Origin: Marispirochaeta sp.
GTDB lineage: Bacteria > Spirochaetota > Spirochaetia > JC444 > Marispirochaetaceae
Length of the DNA stretch: 64,000 bases
Reading direction: 5' to 3'
NCBI GenBank assembly: GCA_963676835.2
Contig: CAXXFF010000001.1
Coordinates: forward strand, 160,001-224,000
Shown here: positions 31,388 through 41,083 of the stretch, one piece after another
Numbering within the stretch: the stretch's first letter is position 1
Layout of the letters: every line of letters begins with the position of its first letter
Made by a program: the position numbers and the translations under genes
Notes under the pieces: generated by a model
What the model saw: only the letters and a program-made list of their open reading frames with translations
Databases searched by the model: none
What the model was told of the DNA's origin: nothing

Positions 31388-33269
31388 CCGTTAGTTTTGT
31401 ACTGTTACTTATATTTTTATCAAGCCCAAGAAGCTCTCTGACTTCCCTGTCATCCAGGCTTTCTCTGGCCACAAGAGCTTCCGCAAGAATAGTCAGCTGA
31501 TCCCGGTTGCTGTTCAGTATTTCCTGTACTTCTCTCAGGCAGTCACTCAGTATACTGTGAATTTCAAAATCAATTTTTCTGGCAGTATCATCGGAGTAAT
31601 CCTGATGCCGGGCAATCTCTTTTCCCAGAAAAATCGGTTCCTCTTCGCCGCCGTAGGTAACAAAGCCCAGGCTGTCGCTCATTCCCCACTCGCACACCAT
31701 CCGGCGTGCAATTTTGGTAGCCTGCTCAATATCGTTTTTTGTTCCCGTGGTAGTCTGATTGTAGACAAGCTTTTCTGCGACATAGCCGCCCATGGCAATT
31801 TTAATTCTGTCAAGCAGCCAATCCCGATTTCGGGAGTAAGTCTCTTTTTCGGGAAGACTCATAGCAAGGCCAAGAGCCTGTCCATGGGGAATAACCGTGA
31901 CCTTATGCAGAGGGTCTGCATTCTCAAGGTGATAATGCAAAAGCGCATGACCTGCCTCATGATAGGCTGTCATCAGTTTGTCATCTGCAGATATCACCCT
32001 GGATTTTCTTGCCACTCCCAAAAGAATTTTATCCCTGGCCTCCTCAAAATTCTTCATTGTAACCTGGCTGAAATTTTCACGGGCAGCGAACAGGGCTGCC
32101 TCATTTACCAGATTGGCAAGATCAGCACCGGAGGATCCGGGAGTGGCGCGTGCTATACGGTTTATATCTACATCAGAGGCCAAAGGGATTTTTCGTGCAT
32201 GAATGTTAAGAATAGCCTCCCGCTCACGCACATCGGGCATATCCACAACTACCTGCCGGTCAAAGCGACCTGGCCGCAGCAGCGCAGGGTCCAGAACATC
32301 AGGCCGGTTGGTGGCGGCAAGGATTATAACGCCGTCTTTGGTGTCAAAACCATCCATCTCCACCAGCATCTGGTTGAGGGTTTGCTCCCTCTCATCATGT
32401 CCGCCGCCATAACCGGCTCCACGGGTACGGCCTACAGCATCAAGTTCGTCAATGAAAAGAATACACGGTGCATGTTTACGGCCCTGTTCAAACAGATCGC
32501 GGACCCTGCTGGCTCCGACGCCGACAAACATCTCCACAAAATCAGAACCGGACATATGAAAGAAAGGTACACCTGCTTCTCCGGCACATGCCTTTGCCAG
32601 CAGCGTTTTTCCCGTACCAGGCATTCCCACCAAAAGCACACCGGTTGGAATACGGGCACCGATCTTGGTGAATTTATGGGGGTTCTTGAGAAAATCAACA
32701 ACCTCCTGCAGCTCATACTTTGCTTCATGCTGACCTGCCACGTCGTTAAAGGTCAGCTTTGCTTCATTCTCAAGATACTGTTTGGCCCGGCTTTTACCGA
32801 AAGAAAAGGCCTTGTTACCTCCCCCCTGGACCTGCCTGAACATAAACCAGATAAGGAAAAAACCTATAAGCCAGGGCAGAAGCTGCAGCATAATGGCGAA
32901 AACAGATGGGGACTGCTGCCCGCCGATAACAACTACACCATGCTCCCGCAGAAGGGGGAGAAGTTCTTCATCCGGGTAGGGAATCTCTGTAGAGAAAGCC
33001 CCTTCGGACGGGTATTCTCCGGCGGATCTCAGGGTACCCTCTATGCGGTGATAATCCAGTATTTTTACGGTGCCCACCTGCCCGTCGGTAAGATAGGAGT
33101 AAAAGGTGGAATAGGAAATGACATTTACACCGCTTCCGTTTTCAAACAGAAAGAACAGAGAAAAGAAGAGTACCAGCCCGGCCAGAAAAACTATGGCGAA
33201 TTTATTGTTAAAATTGAAGGGAAAACCCTTGGGACCGCTTCCGCGTCCTGATTTGTTATCATCGTCCAA
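31374..33269 (-). CDS. ftsH: ATP-dependent zinc metalloprotease
   Basis: Two TMs, [26 protein letters not shown] start. Confidence 0.98.
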   Translation of the reverse strand: MDDDNKSGRGSGPKGFPFNFNNKFAIVFLAGLVLFFSLFFLFENGSGVNVISYSTFYSYLTDGQVGTVKILDYHRIEGTLRSAGEYPSEGAFSTEIPYPDEELLPLLREHGVVVIGGQQSPSVFAIMLQLLPWLIGFFLIWFMFRQVQGGGNKAFSFGKSRAKQYLENEAKLTFNDVAGQHEAKYELQEVVDFLKNPHKFTKIGARIPTGVLLVGMPGTGKTLLAKACAGEAGVPFFHMSGSDFVEMFVGVGASRVRDLFEQGRKHAPCILFIDELDAVGRTRGAGYGGGHDEREQTLNQMLVEMDGFDTKDGVIILAATNRPDVLDPALLRPGRFDRQVVVDMPDVREREAILNIHARKIPLASDVDINRIARATPGSSGADLANLVNEAALFAARENFSQVTMKNFEEARDKILLGVARKSRVISADDKLMTAYHEAGHALLHYHLENADPLHKVTVIPHGQALGLAMSLPEKETYSRNRDWLLDRIKIAMGGYVAEKLVYNQTTTGTKNDIEQATKIARRMVCEWGMSDSLGFVTYGGEEEPIFLGKEIARHQDYSDDTARKIDFEIHSILSDCLREVQEILNSNRDQLTILAEALVARESLDDREVRELLGLDKNISNSTKLTDDED

Positions 33270-33272
33270 GAA

Positions 33273-34709
33273 CTACACTCCGTTACGAATATTAAGCAGC
33301 ATTCCGGGCTGACCAGCATCTGACCTGTGCAGATCTCTAACCACGAAGTCCTTTAACCCGGCCAGGGATCCGGGAATAGCAAAAACCTCGGGTCCCAGCT
33401 GCAATACCGGAATAGCATCACGTTGACTCTCCGGGACCTTCATGGCATTAAAGATTCCTTTCAGCTTCTGATACTTTCCAGACAGCTTTATTGTATCGCT
33501 CAACCTTCTGCTGCGAAGAAAAAGCGGTTGGTTAAGTCTGCATTCAGGTATAAAAACCGAGAATCCACAAGGTTCCGGGGATTCATTTGAATCTTTCCAG
33601 CTTATAACATATTTCCCTAAAGGCCCGTTTTTGCCATACTCTATCCTGAAAAGATAGCGTGTTTTTCTGTTTAATACAACTGAAGAACTAAGTATAAGCA
33701 TACTGCCCCTCTGGAAGATGCATATGCCGGCACCTTCAAGCAGAATCCGATCATGAGAAGAGGTTGAAGGACCAGCCATGGAAAGAAGAAAATGTTTAGA
33801 TATTCTTTCTGCTTCGGGAATTGTGCGGTTGACTGCGGTAAAAAGAGACCTTAAACGCAAAGAAACAGGTTGAGCAAAAAAGTTAGCCGCATCGGTTGTG
33901 CAGGAATCTGCCTGCATTGTCCAGGGGATACGTTCATCCGCAATATTTTTGAGGATCTCTTCATCCTCCTGAAATATCCGCGATGACTGCACCAGAGCAT
34001 CCCGATAAGCCGGAAATTCTTTTGCAACCTGCGGGACAAGGAAGTTTCTAACCCTGTTACGCTGAAAAACAGGCTGACTGTTACTGGAGTCTGTAATCCA
34101 TGGAATTTCTGCTTGTTGAACTATCTGCAGAAGAATGTCCTTGGGTACAGTTAAAAGCGGTCTCAGTATAAAATCCCTGACTGCGGGAATTCCATGCAGT
34201 CCGGAGGTTCCGCTCCCCTGAAAAAACCGGGTTATCATTGTTTCTGCCAGATCATCGGCAGTATGCCCGAGTATTGTTTTTGTGCAGCCTTTGCGTTCCA
34301 TATATTTCTTCAATGCGGCATAGCGGAGGCTGCGGGCTGCAGCTTCAAGCCCGCAGCCTTTTTCCCGGGCCAGTTTTTCCACTCCCCCGGGCATGAGCGA
34401 TACCCGCTCAACCGGAACGTTACAAAGAGCACAGGCCTTTTGAAGCACCTGCCAATCTTGTTCTGTCTCGTCTTCTGATCTCAGCCTGTGGTTAACATGA
34501 AGACCATAAAGTTTGAATCGGGATGAAAAACTGTTACGGTTAAAATCTTTACAGGAGTTCCTGTAGAGAGACATAACATAAAGCAGAGCTGTGCTGTCTA
34601 CCCCGCCGGAAAGCGAAAGAAGAAGGCCGGAATCCGGATTGATGTTTCTCTGGTGGAAAAAATCTGAAACAATAGTTAAGACCCGGGCTTCGATCTCATT
34701 TTCTGCCAT
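33273..34709 (-). CDS. tilS: tRNA(Ile)-lysidine synthase
   Basis: SLSGGVDS, HVNHRLR, EAAARSLRY, GHTADD, RNRVR. Confidence 0.95.
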   Translation of the reverse strand: MAENEIEARVLTIVSDFFHQRNINPDSGLLLSLSGGVDSTALLYVMSLYRNSCKDFNRNSFSSRFKLYGLHVNHRLRSEDETEQDWQVLQKACALCNVPVERVSLMPGGVEKLAREKGCGLEAAARSLRYAALKKYMERKGCTKTILGHTADDLAETMITRFFQGSGTSGLHGIPAVRDFILRPLLTVPKDILLQIVQQAEIPWITDSSNSQPVFQRNRVRNFLVPQVAKEFPAYRDALVQSSRIFQEDEEILKNIADERIPWTMQADSCTTDAANFFAQPVSLRLRSLFTAVNRTIPEAERISKHFLLSMAGPSTSSHDRILLEGAGICIFQRGSMLILSSSVVLNRKTRYLFRIEYGKNGPLGKYVISWKDSNESPEPCGFSVFIPECRLNQPLFLRSRRLSDTIKLSGKYQKLKGIFNAMKVPESQRDAIPVLQLGPEVFAIPGSLAGLKDFVVRDLHRSDAGQPGMLLNIRNGV

Positions 34710-35295
34710 TATACAAGCTCATTACCTGTTCAACCGGATTAAGACACAAGTCTGATGCTGCCTTAACCGCCAGATCAATTCCCTGCCTGAATAAAGTTAA
34801 TTCCTCTCCCTCAGGACATCCCAATACCCATGAGATAACTTCTTCTTTTTTATCCGGCCGCCCGACACCTACGGCAATCCGCATAAAGGCATCAGTGTTC
34901 AGGTGTTCAATGATTGAAGATATGCCTTTCTGGCCTCCACCGGAACCTGATGGACGTATGCGAATCCTTCCCGCAGAAAGATCCAGGGTATCGTAAATAA
35001 CTATAAGCGAAGCAAGGTCTGTACGAAATCGGCGCAGCAATGGTTCCACCACAGTTCCGGATCTATTCATATACGTAAGCGGTTTGATGAGGACCATTCC
35101 ATCCGGCCCCTGCTCTGCGCAGGAGACTACCGTTTCAAGCCAGGGCTTGAGAAAGGGTTTTTTAAACCTGACACCAGATAAGGAGCTCAGTGCCTCAACA
35201 ACAAGAAACCCGGCATTATGCCGGGTTTTCTTATATTCCGGGCCTGGATTACCAAGTCCGATTAGCAGATGTTTGCCGATGGAATCAGGCTTCAC
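34696..35295 (-). CDS. pth: Peptidyl-tRNA hydrolase
   Basis: GLGNPGPEYKKTRHNAGF and KPLTYMNRSG. Likely GTG start at 35295, overlapping the end of rplY. Confidence 0.95.
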   Translation of the reverse strand: MKPDSIGKHLLIGLGNPGPEYKKTRHNAGFLVVEALSSLSGVRFKKPFLKPWLETVVSCAEQGPDGMVLIKPLTYMNRSGTVVEPLLRRFRTDLASLIVIYDTLDLSAGRIRIRPSGSGGGQKGISSIIEHLNTDAFMRIAVGVGRPDKKEEVISWVLGCPEGEELTLFRQGIDLAVKAASDLCLNPVEQVMSLYNGRK

Positions 35296-35911
35296 CTTCT
35301 CCCTCTGAGGCCTCAGGTGCAGCAGCTTCCCCACCTTCTTCTGCAGTTTCATCAACAACAGTCTTGGCAGTGGTAATAACTACAATAGACTGCTCTGCAG
35401 GAGAAAGCATTTTTACAGATCCCGCAACGGGGATATCGGAAACATGCAGTGAATCGCCTACGCCGAGGTCAGAAACATCCAGCTTGAAATCTGAGGGAAT
35501 ATCTTTGGGCAGACACTCGATTTCCACTTCATGAAGCACAGTTTCAACAATACCGCCCTCTTTGACTCCCTTGGGAACACCTTCCAGATGTACAGGGACA
35601 TGGGTCTTCAGGGCTTTACCACGCTCAATCTCGAAAAAATCAATATGCATGATCTTATGCCGGAGCATGTCTTCCTGGTAATCTTTTACCAGAACGTCAT
35701 AGTCTTTACCGCCGTCTACACTTACGGTGATTATTGTATTCTCACTTACGCTGTGAAATTTCTTTTCAAACTCCCGGGTTTCTACACTTATGCTTACCGG
35801 TTCATTATGTCCGTAAATAACCGCAGGAATCTTTCCTTCTGCTCTGAGCTTTCGGTTATCACCTTTCCGCGTGCTGGTACGACCGAAGCCAGCAAGGGTT
35901 TTCTGTTCCAT
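35285..35911 (-). CDS. rplY: 50S ribosomal protein L25 (Ctc type)
   Basis: RKLRAEGKIPAVIYG, HIDF, GVKEGG. Confidence 0.96.
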   Translation of the reverse strand: MEQKTLAGFGRTSTRKGDNRKLRAEGKIPAVIYGHNEPVSISVETREFEKKFHSVSENTIITVSVDGGKDYDVLVKDYQEDMLRHKIMHIDFFEIERGKALKTHVPVHLEGVPKGVKEGGIVETVLHEVEIECLPKDIPSDFKLDVSDLGVGDSLHVSDIPVAGSVKMLSPAEQSIVVITTAKTVVDETAEEGGEAAAPEASEGEGEA

Positions 35912-36033
35912 GGAAAATTCTCCTCAATTGCTTTCCGTCTGACTGCAGACGGTCTTTCTATTTATCATTCTGATAACTGATCTACACTGGACAGTTTTCA
36001 GTAAATAATTCAAGACACATTTGTGCCGCTTTG

Positions 36034-36105
36034 CTGGGACGGCAGGATTCGAACCTGCGCATGCCGGGACCAAAACCCGGTGCCTTACCACTTGGCGACG
36101 TCCCA
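36034..36105 (-). tRNA. tRNA-Gln(TTG)
   Basis: Acceptor TGGGACG/CGTCCCA, anticodon arm CCGGG-TTTTGGT-CCCGG, GTTCGAAT. Confidence 0.95.
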
Positions 36106-36134
36106 ATGATCAGTATGTCTATATGTTCCGAAAA

Positions 36135-36431
36135 TCAGTCTAAATCAGCACTGTCTTCGGTATATAATTCTCCGGATTCAGCCTGGGCTTTATACTCCTC
36201 GAGAATTCTGTCCTGCAGCCTGCCCCTGAACTCTGAGTTAATAGGGTGTGCCACATCTTTATACTCGCCTGTTTTGGTTTTCCTGCTGGGCATGGCAATG
36301 AAAGCGCCGTTTTTACCTTCGATTACCTTTACGTTATGAACCACGAATGATTCATCGAAAGTTACGGTGACGTATGCCTTCAGCTTGCCGTCCGCATCTA
36401 CCCGCCGAATTCGAATATCCGTGATTTCCAT
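36135..36431 (-). CDS. spoVG: SpoVG nucleic-acid-binding regulator
   Basis: MEITDIRIR...FIAMPSRK...YKDVAHPIN. Confidence 0.97.
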   Translation of the reverse strand: MEITDIRIRRVDADGKLKAYVTVTFDESFVVHNVKVIEGKNGAFIAMPSRKTKTGEYKDVAHPINSEFRGRLQDRILEEYKAQAESGELYTEDSADLD

Positions 36432-36464
36432 ACTTTCCTCCGCTAATGTTGCAAAAATATTACG

Positions 36465-37373
36465 TCATTGTAATATGCTACTTGGAAATCTGGCAAGTAA
36501 TTCTATTATAAGAACTTGTTTTAAGCCCTTTTCATCCTGCAGTTTCGCTTTTGCCTCCTCGGCAGCGGTAAAATCCGGGTAAATACCAAACATCGCCGAA
36601 CCGGAACCGGAAACTTCAGCGAATTCCGCTCCGGTTTCCCTTAATAAATTCAGAAAACGGTCTACTTCGCCGTACTGCTTTCGTAAAACAGGGGTAAAAG
36701 AGTTGAAGAACGGCCAGGTTTTTACCTCTGACTGATACAAATCACTCAAAACTCTGTCGCTGTATTGAGCTTCCCATCTGTCGGAAGAAGCAGCAACGCC
36801 TGTGTCGCGGGATTCGTCCAGCCACCGATAGGCGTTTCCGGTGGATATCCCGAAGTCCGGAAGAAGCAGCAGCAGTGACAATTTGCGCGCCCCTTTCAGA
36901 GGTTCTATATGTTCCCCTCTCCCTCCGACAGCTGCGAAAGGAGAGTAAATAAAAAACGGGATGTCACTTCCCAGTTCAGCTCCTGTGTCTGCGAGCACTG
37001 CGTCCGACAGTGTGTAACCTGTCATTTCATTCAATGCTTTCAGAACAGTACCGGCATTGCTGGACCCGCCGCCAAGGCCGGCCCCTTCGGGGATAGACTT
37101 TTCGACGGATATTTCCACCCCGAATTTCTTACCTGTTAGGGCACAAAAATTCCGGTGAGCCCGGTAAATAAGGTTATCTTCCACCGGGCAGGTGAAATTA
37201 CCCCTGATCCTGCAGGAATCAGTATCTTTCAAAGAACGGATGTGTATTCTGTCGTAAAGAGACACAATTTGAAAAAGAGAGGAAAGGCTGTGAAAACCGT
37301 CCTTTCTGACCGGCCCGATCTCAAGATGAAGATTGATCTTGGCGGGTGAATACACCTCTATCTCGCTCAGCAT
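36465..37373 (-). CDS. ispE: 4-diphosphocytidyl-2-C-methyl-D-erythritol kinase
   Basis: PAKINLHL, KSIPEGAGLGGGSSNA, GSDIPFF, SGSGS. Confidence 0.96.
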   Translation of the reverse strand: MLSEIEVYSPAKINLHLEIGPVRKDGFHSLSSLFQIVSLYDRIHIRSLKDTDSCRIRGNFTCPVEDNLIYRAHRNFCALTGKKFGVEISVEKSIPEGAGLGGGSSNAGTVLKALNEMTGYTLSDAVLADTGAELGSDIPFFIYSPFAAVGGRGEHIEPLKGARKLSLLLLLPDFGISTGNAYRWLDESRDTGVAASSDRWEAQYSDRVLSDLYQSEVKTWPFFNSFTPVLRKQYGEVDRFLNLLRETGAEFAEVSGSGSAMFGIYPDFTAAEEAKAKLQDEKGLKQVLIIELLARFPSSILQ

Positions 37374-37384
37374 AGCGTTGAAGT

Positions 37385-37412
37385 ATTATACATATCTGCC
37401 TGCAAGTGTCAA
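37385..37412 (-). promoter_or_regulatory. sigma70 promoter of the ispE operon
   Basis: TTGACA-16-TATAAT, ending 11 nt before the ATG. Confidence 0.65.
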
Positions 37413-37421
37413 ACCCCGGAA

Positions 37422-38978
37422 CTAACCGGAGAGATAATGACATCCAATAGAGTGATTATTGTTAATAGCAGACCGGGTTACGACCAGGGCCGTCTGAATA
37501 GCATTTCGCAGCTCCACTACATCCCGGCGCAGAACAGCCTTGCGGTAGAACCTGCCTATACGATGGCTGAGATAGTTTAAATCGGAGTGGGCCCGGTACA
37601 GCCGTTTTTTTGTACGGATAATACCCACATAATTCCACATAGTACTCTTGATCTGATTCAAATCAGAACGAATCAGAACCGGATCAAAGCTTGTTTCACC
37701 CTGGGGTGATATCCAGGGGGGTATGGATCGCATAAGAGAGTCTTCCAGAGGAGAAAGATTCTGAATAATGTCATCTGCTGACTGAATTCCGAAAAACAGA
37801 CCTTCCAGTAGAGAGACTGACGCAAGTCTGTTTGCTCCATGCACCCCGGTACAGGCGGTTTCGCCAATGGCATACAAGCCGGTAAGCGAAGTACGGCCCC
37901 GGAGATTAACCTTTACTCCACCACAGCTGTAATGTGCCGCAGGAACCACAGGAATAGGTTCTCTGCGCATATCAATACCCACTTTCATACAAGCTTCAAA
38001 TATAGATGGAAACCGTTCTTCCAGATCAAAATCTTTAATCCCGGTTGTGTCCAGATATACGTAACCGGACTTGTTCTTCTCAATCTGCCGGTAGATAGCC
38101 CTGGCAACTTCGTCACGCGGGGCAAGGTCTTTATATTTCGGTGAATAGCGCTGCATGAAGTATTCGCCGCTGCGGTCCATGAGCCGTGCCCCTTCACCGC
38201 GTACCGATTCAGAGATAAGGAAACGGTCACTGTCCCGGTGATAGAGGGTTGTCGGATGAAACTGAATATACTCCGCGTTGAGGATTTCCACGCCGGCTCT
38301 GTAAGCCATGGCGATACCGTCGCCTACAGCACCGGCAGGATTGGAAGTATGCTGATAGATATCTCCCGCACCGCCTGTAGCAAGTACAACTGCACCGGCA
38401 AACGCCGGTACAACCTCTCCGGTTTCATTATTCAGCAGGTACATGCCGAGGGCTCTGTTCTCGCGATAGCGCACCTGGTAATCCTGAGAGTGGTGTGATG
38501 AAGTAATAATATCAATAGCGGTATAATTGGACAGACGATGTATCTTGCCCTCTTTTCCGGATGCCTGAGCAAGGTGTTCCATAATGGATCGGCCGGTATA
38601 ATCCTGAACATGCAGGATTCGTCGGACAGTATGGGCAGCCTCCCGGGTAAACAGGTACTCCTCACCGTTGGTGACAAAGGGAACACCAAGCTCATCGGCA
38701 AGAAATGAATTGACCAGTCCCGGCCCTTCCTCCGACAGGAGACTAACGGCTTCAATACTGTTGATGTTGTCCCCTGCTTCGAGGATATCTTTTTTGAGTA
38801 TTTCCGGGCTGTCATCCGGGCCCAGGGCTACTATGCCTCCCTGAGCATAGCGGCTGTTGGATTCAAGGGGATCATCGCCTTTTGAAACAAGACACACTTC
38901 CACCCCTGCCCGCGCAAGACGTATTGCAGCGCTTGTTCCTGCTATGCCGGCTCCGACAACAATGGCATCAAAAACCAT
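37422..38978 (-). CDS. nadB: L-aspartate oxidase
   Basis: GAGIAG, SRYAQGG, QFHPT, LAPRD, HGANRLASVSLLE. Confidence 0.95.
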   Translation of the reverse strand: MVFDAIVVGAGIAGTSAAIRLARAGVEVCLVSKGDDPLESNSRYAQGGIVALGPDDSPEILKKDILEAGDNINSIEAVSLLSEEGPGLVNSFLADELGVPFVTNGEEYLFTREAAHTVRRILHVQDYTGRSIMEHLAQASGKEGKIHRLSNYTAIDIITSSHHSQDYQVRYRENRALGMYLLNNETGEVVPAFAGAVVLATGGAGDIYQHTSNPAGAVGDGIAMAYRAGVEILNAEYIQFHPTTLYHRDSDRFLISESVRGEGARLMDRSGEYFMQRYSPKYKDLAPRDEVARAIYRQIEKNKSGYVYLDTTGIKDFDLEERFPSIFEACMKVGIDMRREPIPVVPAAHYSCGGVKVNLRGRTSLTGLYAIGETACTGVHGANRLASVSLLEGLFFGIQSADDIIQNLSPLEDSLMRSIPPWISPQGETSFDPVLIRSDLNQIKSTMWNYVGIIRTKKRLYRAHSDLNYLSHRIGRFYRKAVLRRDVVELRNAIQTALVVTRSAINNNHSIGCHYLSG

Positions 38979-38979
38979 T

Positions 38980-39825
38980 TTAACTTTCCTGCTTATTTCC
39001 GTCTATTTTAAGGCTGAAATCAAAATTGGTTACAGAATGGGTCAGCCTTCCGATAGAGATAAAATCTACCCCGACGGTCATATAGTTTCCTATTTTTTCC
39101 AGAGACATGTCCCCGGAAGCTTCAAATTCAACCTTGTTTCTGCGTAATTTTACACAATAGGCCGCCTCTTCGGGACTCATATTATCGAGCATGACAATAT
39201 CAGCTCCCGCTGTAATTGCCTCTTCCACTTCGTCGGCGTTGCGGCATTCCACCTCTATACGGTATCTGTCGGCCCAGCGGTCCCTGACCATCTCTACAGC
39301 GCGGCTGATCGAACCGGCGGCATCAATGTGGTTATCCTTGATCATAACCATGTCATAAAGCCCCATACGGTGGTTTTTGCCGCCCCCGACGGATACGGCA
39401 TATTTTGCAAGCCCGCGGTATCCCGGCAGCGTTTTTCGTGTATCCAGAATCCTTGTGCCGCCTTTTTCGAGATCCGCGAACTGACGGGTTACGCTGGCTA
39501 TGCCGGACAGATAGCCCAGAAAATTGAGACCTATCCGTTCTGCCTGCAGTACAGACACAGTCAGCCCCTTTACCTCAGCGACCCTGTCCCCGGGTTTAAG
39601 ACTGTCCCCGTCGGCAAAGAAAAACTTTACCTCAATATTGCTGTCAATCCGGTGAAAGGCACGGATAAAAAACTCCGCTCCCGCAAGGATGCCCGTATCT
39701 TTACTGTAAAGCACTGCAGAAACTGTCTCTTCCCTGAAAATCGCCCGGGAGGTAACATCTCCCTCCTGGGCAAGATCTTCCTTAACAGCCAGTTCCAGAA
39801 GGGCTTCAAAATTATCATCAGTCAT
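38980..39825 (-). CDS. nadC: Quinolinate phosphoribosyltransferase
   Basis: Start MTDDNF. DTRKTLPG, NHRMGLYD, KDNH, MLDNM. Confidence 0.96.
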   Translation of the reverse strand: MTDDNFEALLELAVKEDLAQEGDVTSRAIFREETVSAVLYSKDTGILAGAEFFIRAFHRIDSNIEVKFFFADGDSLKPGDRVAEVKGLTVSVLQAERIGLNFLGYLSGIASVTRQFADLEKGGTRILDTRKTLPGYRGLAKYAVSVGGGKNHRMGLYDMVMIKDNHIDAAGSISRAVEMVRDRWADRYRIEVECRNADEVEEAITAGADIVMLDNMSPEEAAYCVKLRRNKVEFEASGDMSLEKIGNYMTVGVDFISIGRLTHSVTNFDFSLKIDGNKQES

Positions 39826-39904
39826 GCGGGAATAGTACGATAGTATCCCTCTATTTTCAACTCTGATTTGACTTTTCCCGATAATGAGGCCTATACTCTT
39901 TTTG

Positions 39905-40387
39905 ATGAGCAATTACCTCGAAAGTTTTACTGACGCTTTACAGCAGATAATTGAGGAGATCGGTTTTTCAAAAACCACCATTACAGACTCCACCAATGAC
40001 GGCAATGTGGAAATAGTTGCCAGCGTGGGAATAACCGGAGATCTTCAGGGATTTATGCTGTTGAGATCCGATATTCAGAGCGCACGGCTGTTTATTGATA
40101 AAATGCTGCAGAATATGGGTATGGAAAATGAAGAAACCGAGGGATTCGGCCAGTTTCACAAGGAAGCAATCGGCGAGGTTGTGAATCAGGTTTCCGGCAG
40201 ATCCACTATGATGCTGGCAGACAAATCCATTGACTGCAACATAACACCTCCGACAATTGTTTCCGGTGCAAATATTTACACCGATCTTCGTTCCTGTGAA
40301 TCCTCCCTGAACAAGGAAGTCAACGGCATATTCGGCAGTTTTAATCTTTTTGTAGGAATAAAAAGTTCAGTTCTCCAGAATAAATAG
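39905..40387 (+). CDS. cheX: CheX-family CheY-P phosphatase
   Basis: VGITGDLQG, the ExxN motif (AIGEVVNQVSG) and ITPPTIVSG. Confidence 0.88.
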   Translation: MSNYLESFTDALQQIIEEIGFSKTTITDSTNDGNVEIVASVGITGDLQGFMLLRSDIQSARLFIDKMLQNMGMENEETEGFGQFHKEAIGEVVNQVSGRSTMMLADKSIDCNITPPTIVSGANIYTDLRSCESSLNKEVNGIFGSFNLFVGIKSSVLQNK

Positions 40388-40417
40388 TTGACATTGTATT
40401 TAACGCTGTCTTAGATT
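40388..40417 (+). promoter_or_regulatory. sigma70 promoter of the acidic ORF
   Basis: TTGACA-18-TAGATT. Confidence 0.55.
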
Positions 40418-40460
40418 ACCAGTATATTCGCCTGAAAAGAATGACGGGAGAAGGAACAGG

Positions 40461-40736
40461 ATGGAATATAACGAGTTAGAAAGCGACGATATCTATTCCA
40501 TGTCCATGGAAGAAGAGTCGGAAGACGAAGAGTTCTACAACGACAACTTCGACGATTACGAAGATGACGACGACTTCGAAGATGATCTGGACGATTTCGA
40601 CGATGACGAGAATCTGGATGATGATCTGGATGACGAACTCGAAGAAGACGACGGCTACGACGATTACGACGACGATTTCATCGAAGATGACTACGACTAT
40701 GACGACGGACTGGACTACGAGGACTTCGACGACTGA
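40461..40736 (+). CDS. Hyper-acidic small protein
   Basis: 91 aa, 38 Asp plus 17 Glu, no Lys/Arg/His. Purine-rich RBS and own promoter. Confidence 0.75.
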   Translation: MEYNELESDDIYSMSMEEESEDEEFYNDNFDDYEDDDDFEDDLDDFDDDENLDDDLDDELEEDDGYDDYDDDFIEDDYDYDDGLDYEDFDD

Positions 40737-41083
40737 TACAGGGTTTCACCGGCATACCAGAGTTTCTCCAGTTCGTAAAATTCCCTCATTGATTCATTCA
40801 TAAGGTGTATGACCATAAATCCGCAGTCCACCAGAATCCACCCCTCTTCCTGAATTTTCTTCTGACGGTGGAAAACTTTAATATTATTCTGACTCAGATA
40901 ATTCTGCACATGCTTAAGCAGTCCCTTGAGGTGCCCCATACTCTTTACTGTGGAGATCACAAAAAAATCTGTCCACGAGCTCACTCCGCTAACCTGGATA
41001 ACCCGGGTATCCTGCCCCTGATGATCTTCAATAAATTCCCCGACTTCCCGGGCTATTTCACTCTTTGCAGTAACGTCCATCAA
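40715..41083 (-). CDS. rsfS: Ribosome silencing factor
   Basis: TDFFVIST...WILVDCG...IHLM...REFYELEKLW. Confidence 0.93.
   Translation of the reverse strand: MMDVTAKSEIAREVGEFIEDHQGQDTRVIQVSGVSSWTDFFVISTVKSMGHLKGLLKHVQNYLSQNNIKVFHRQKKIQEEGWILVDCGFMVIHLMNESMREFYELEKLWYAGETLYQSSKSS

Noticed and set aside
31557..33251. 564-aa ORF antisense to ftsH
   Set aside because: Shadow ORF lying entirely within a conserved gene on the opposite strand; no recognisable motifs.
35924..36339. Short ORFs around tRNA-Gln
   Set aside because: They overlap the tRNA or are antisense to spoVG.
40564..40803. Thr-rich 79-aa ORF
   Set aside because: Alternative frame of the GAC/GAT-rich acidic gene, with no RBS.
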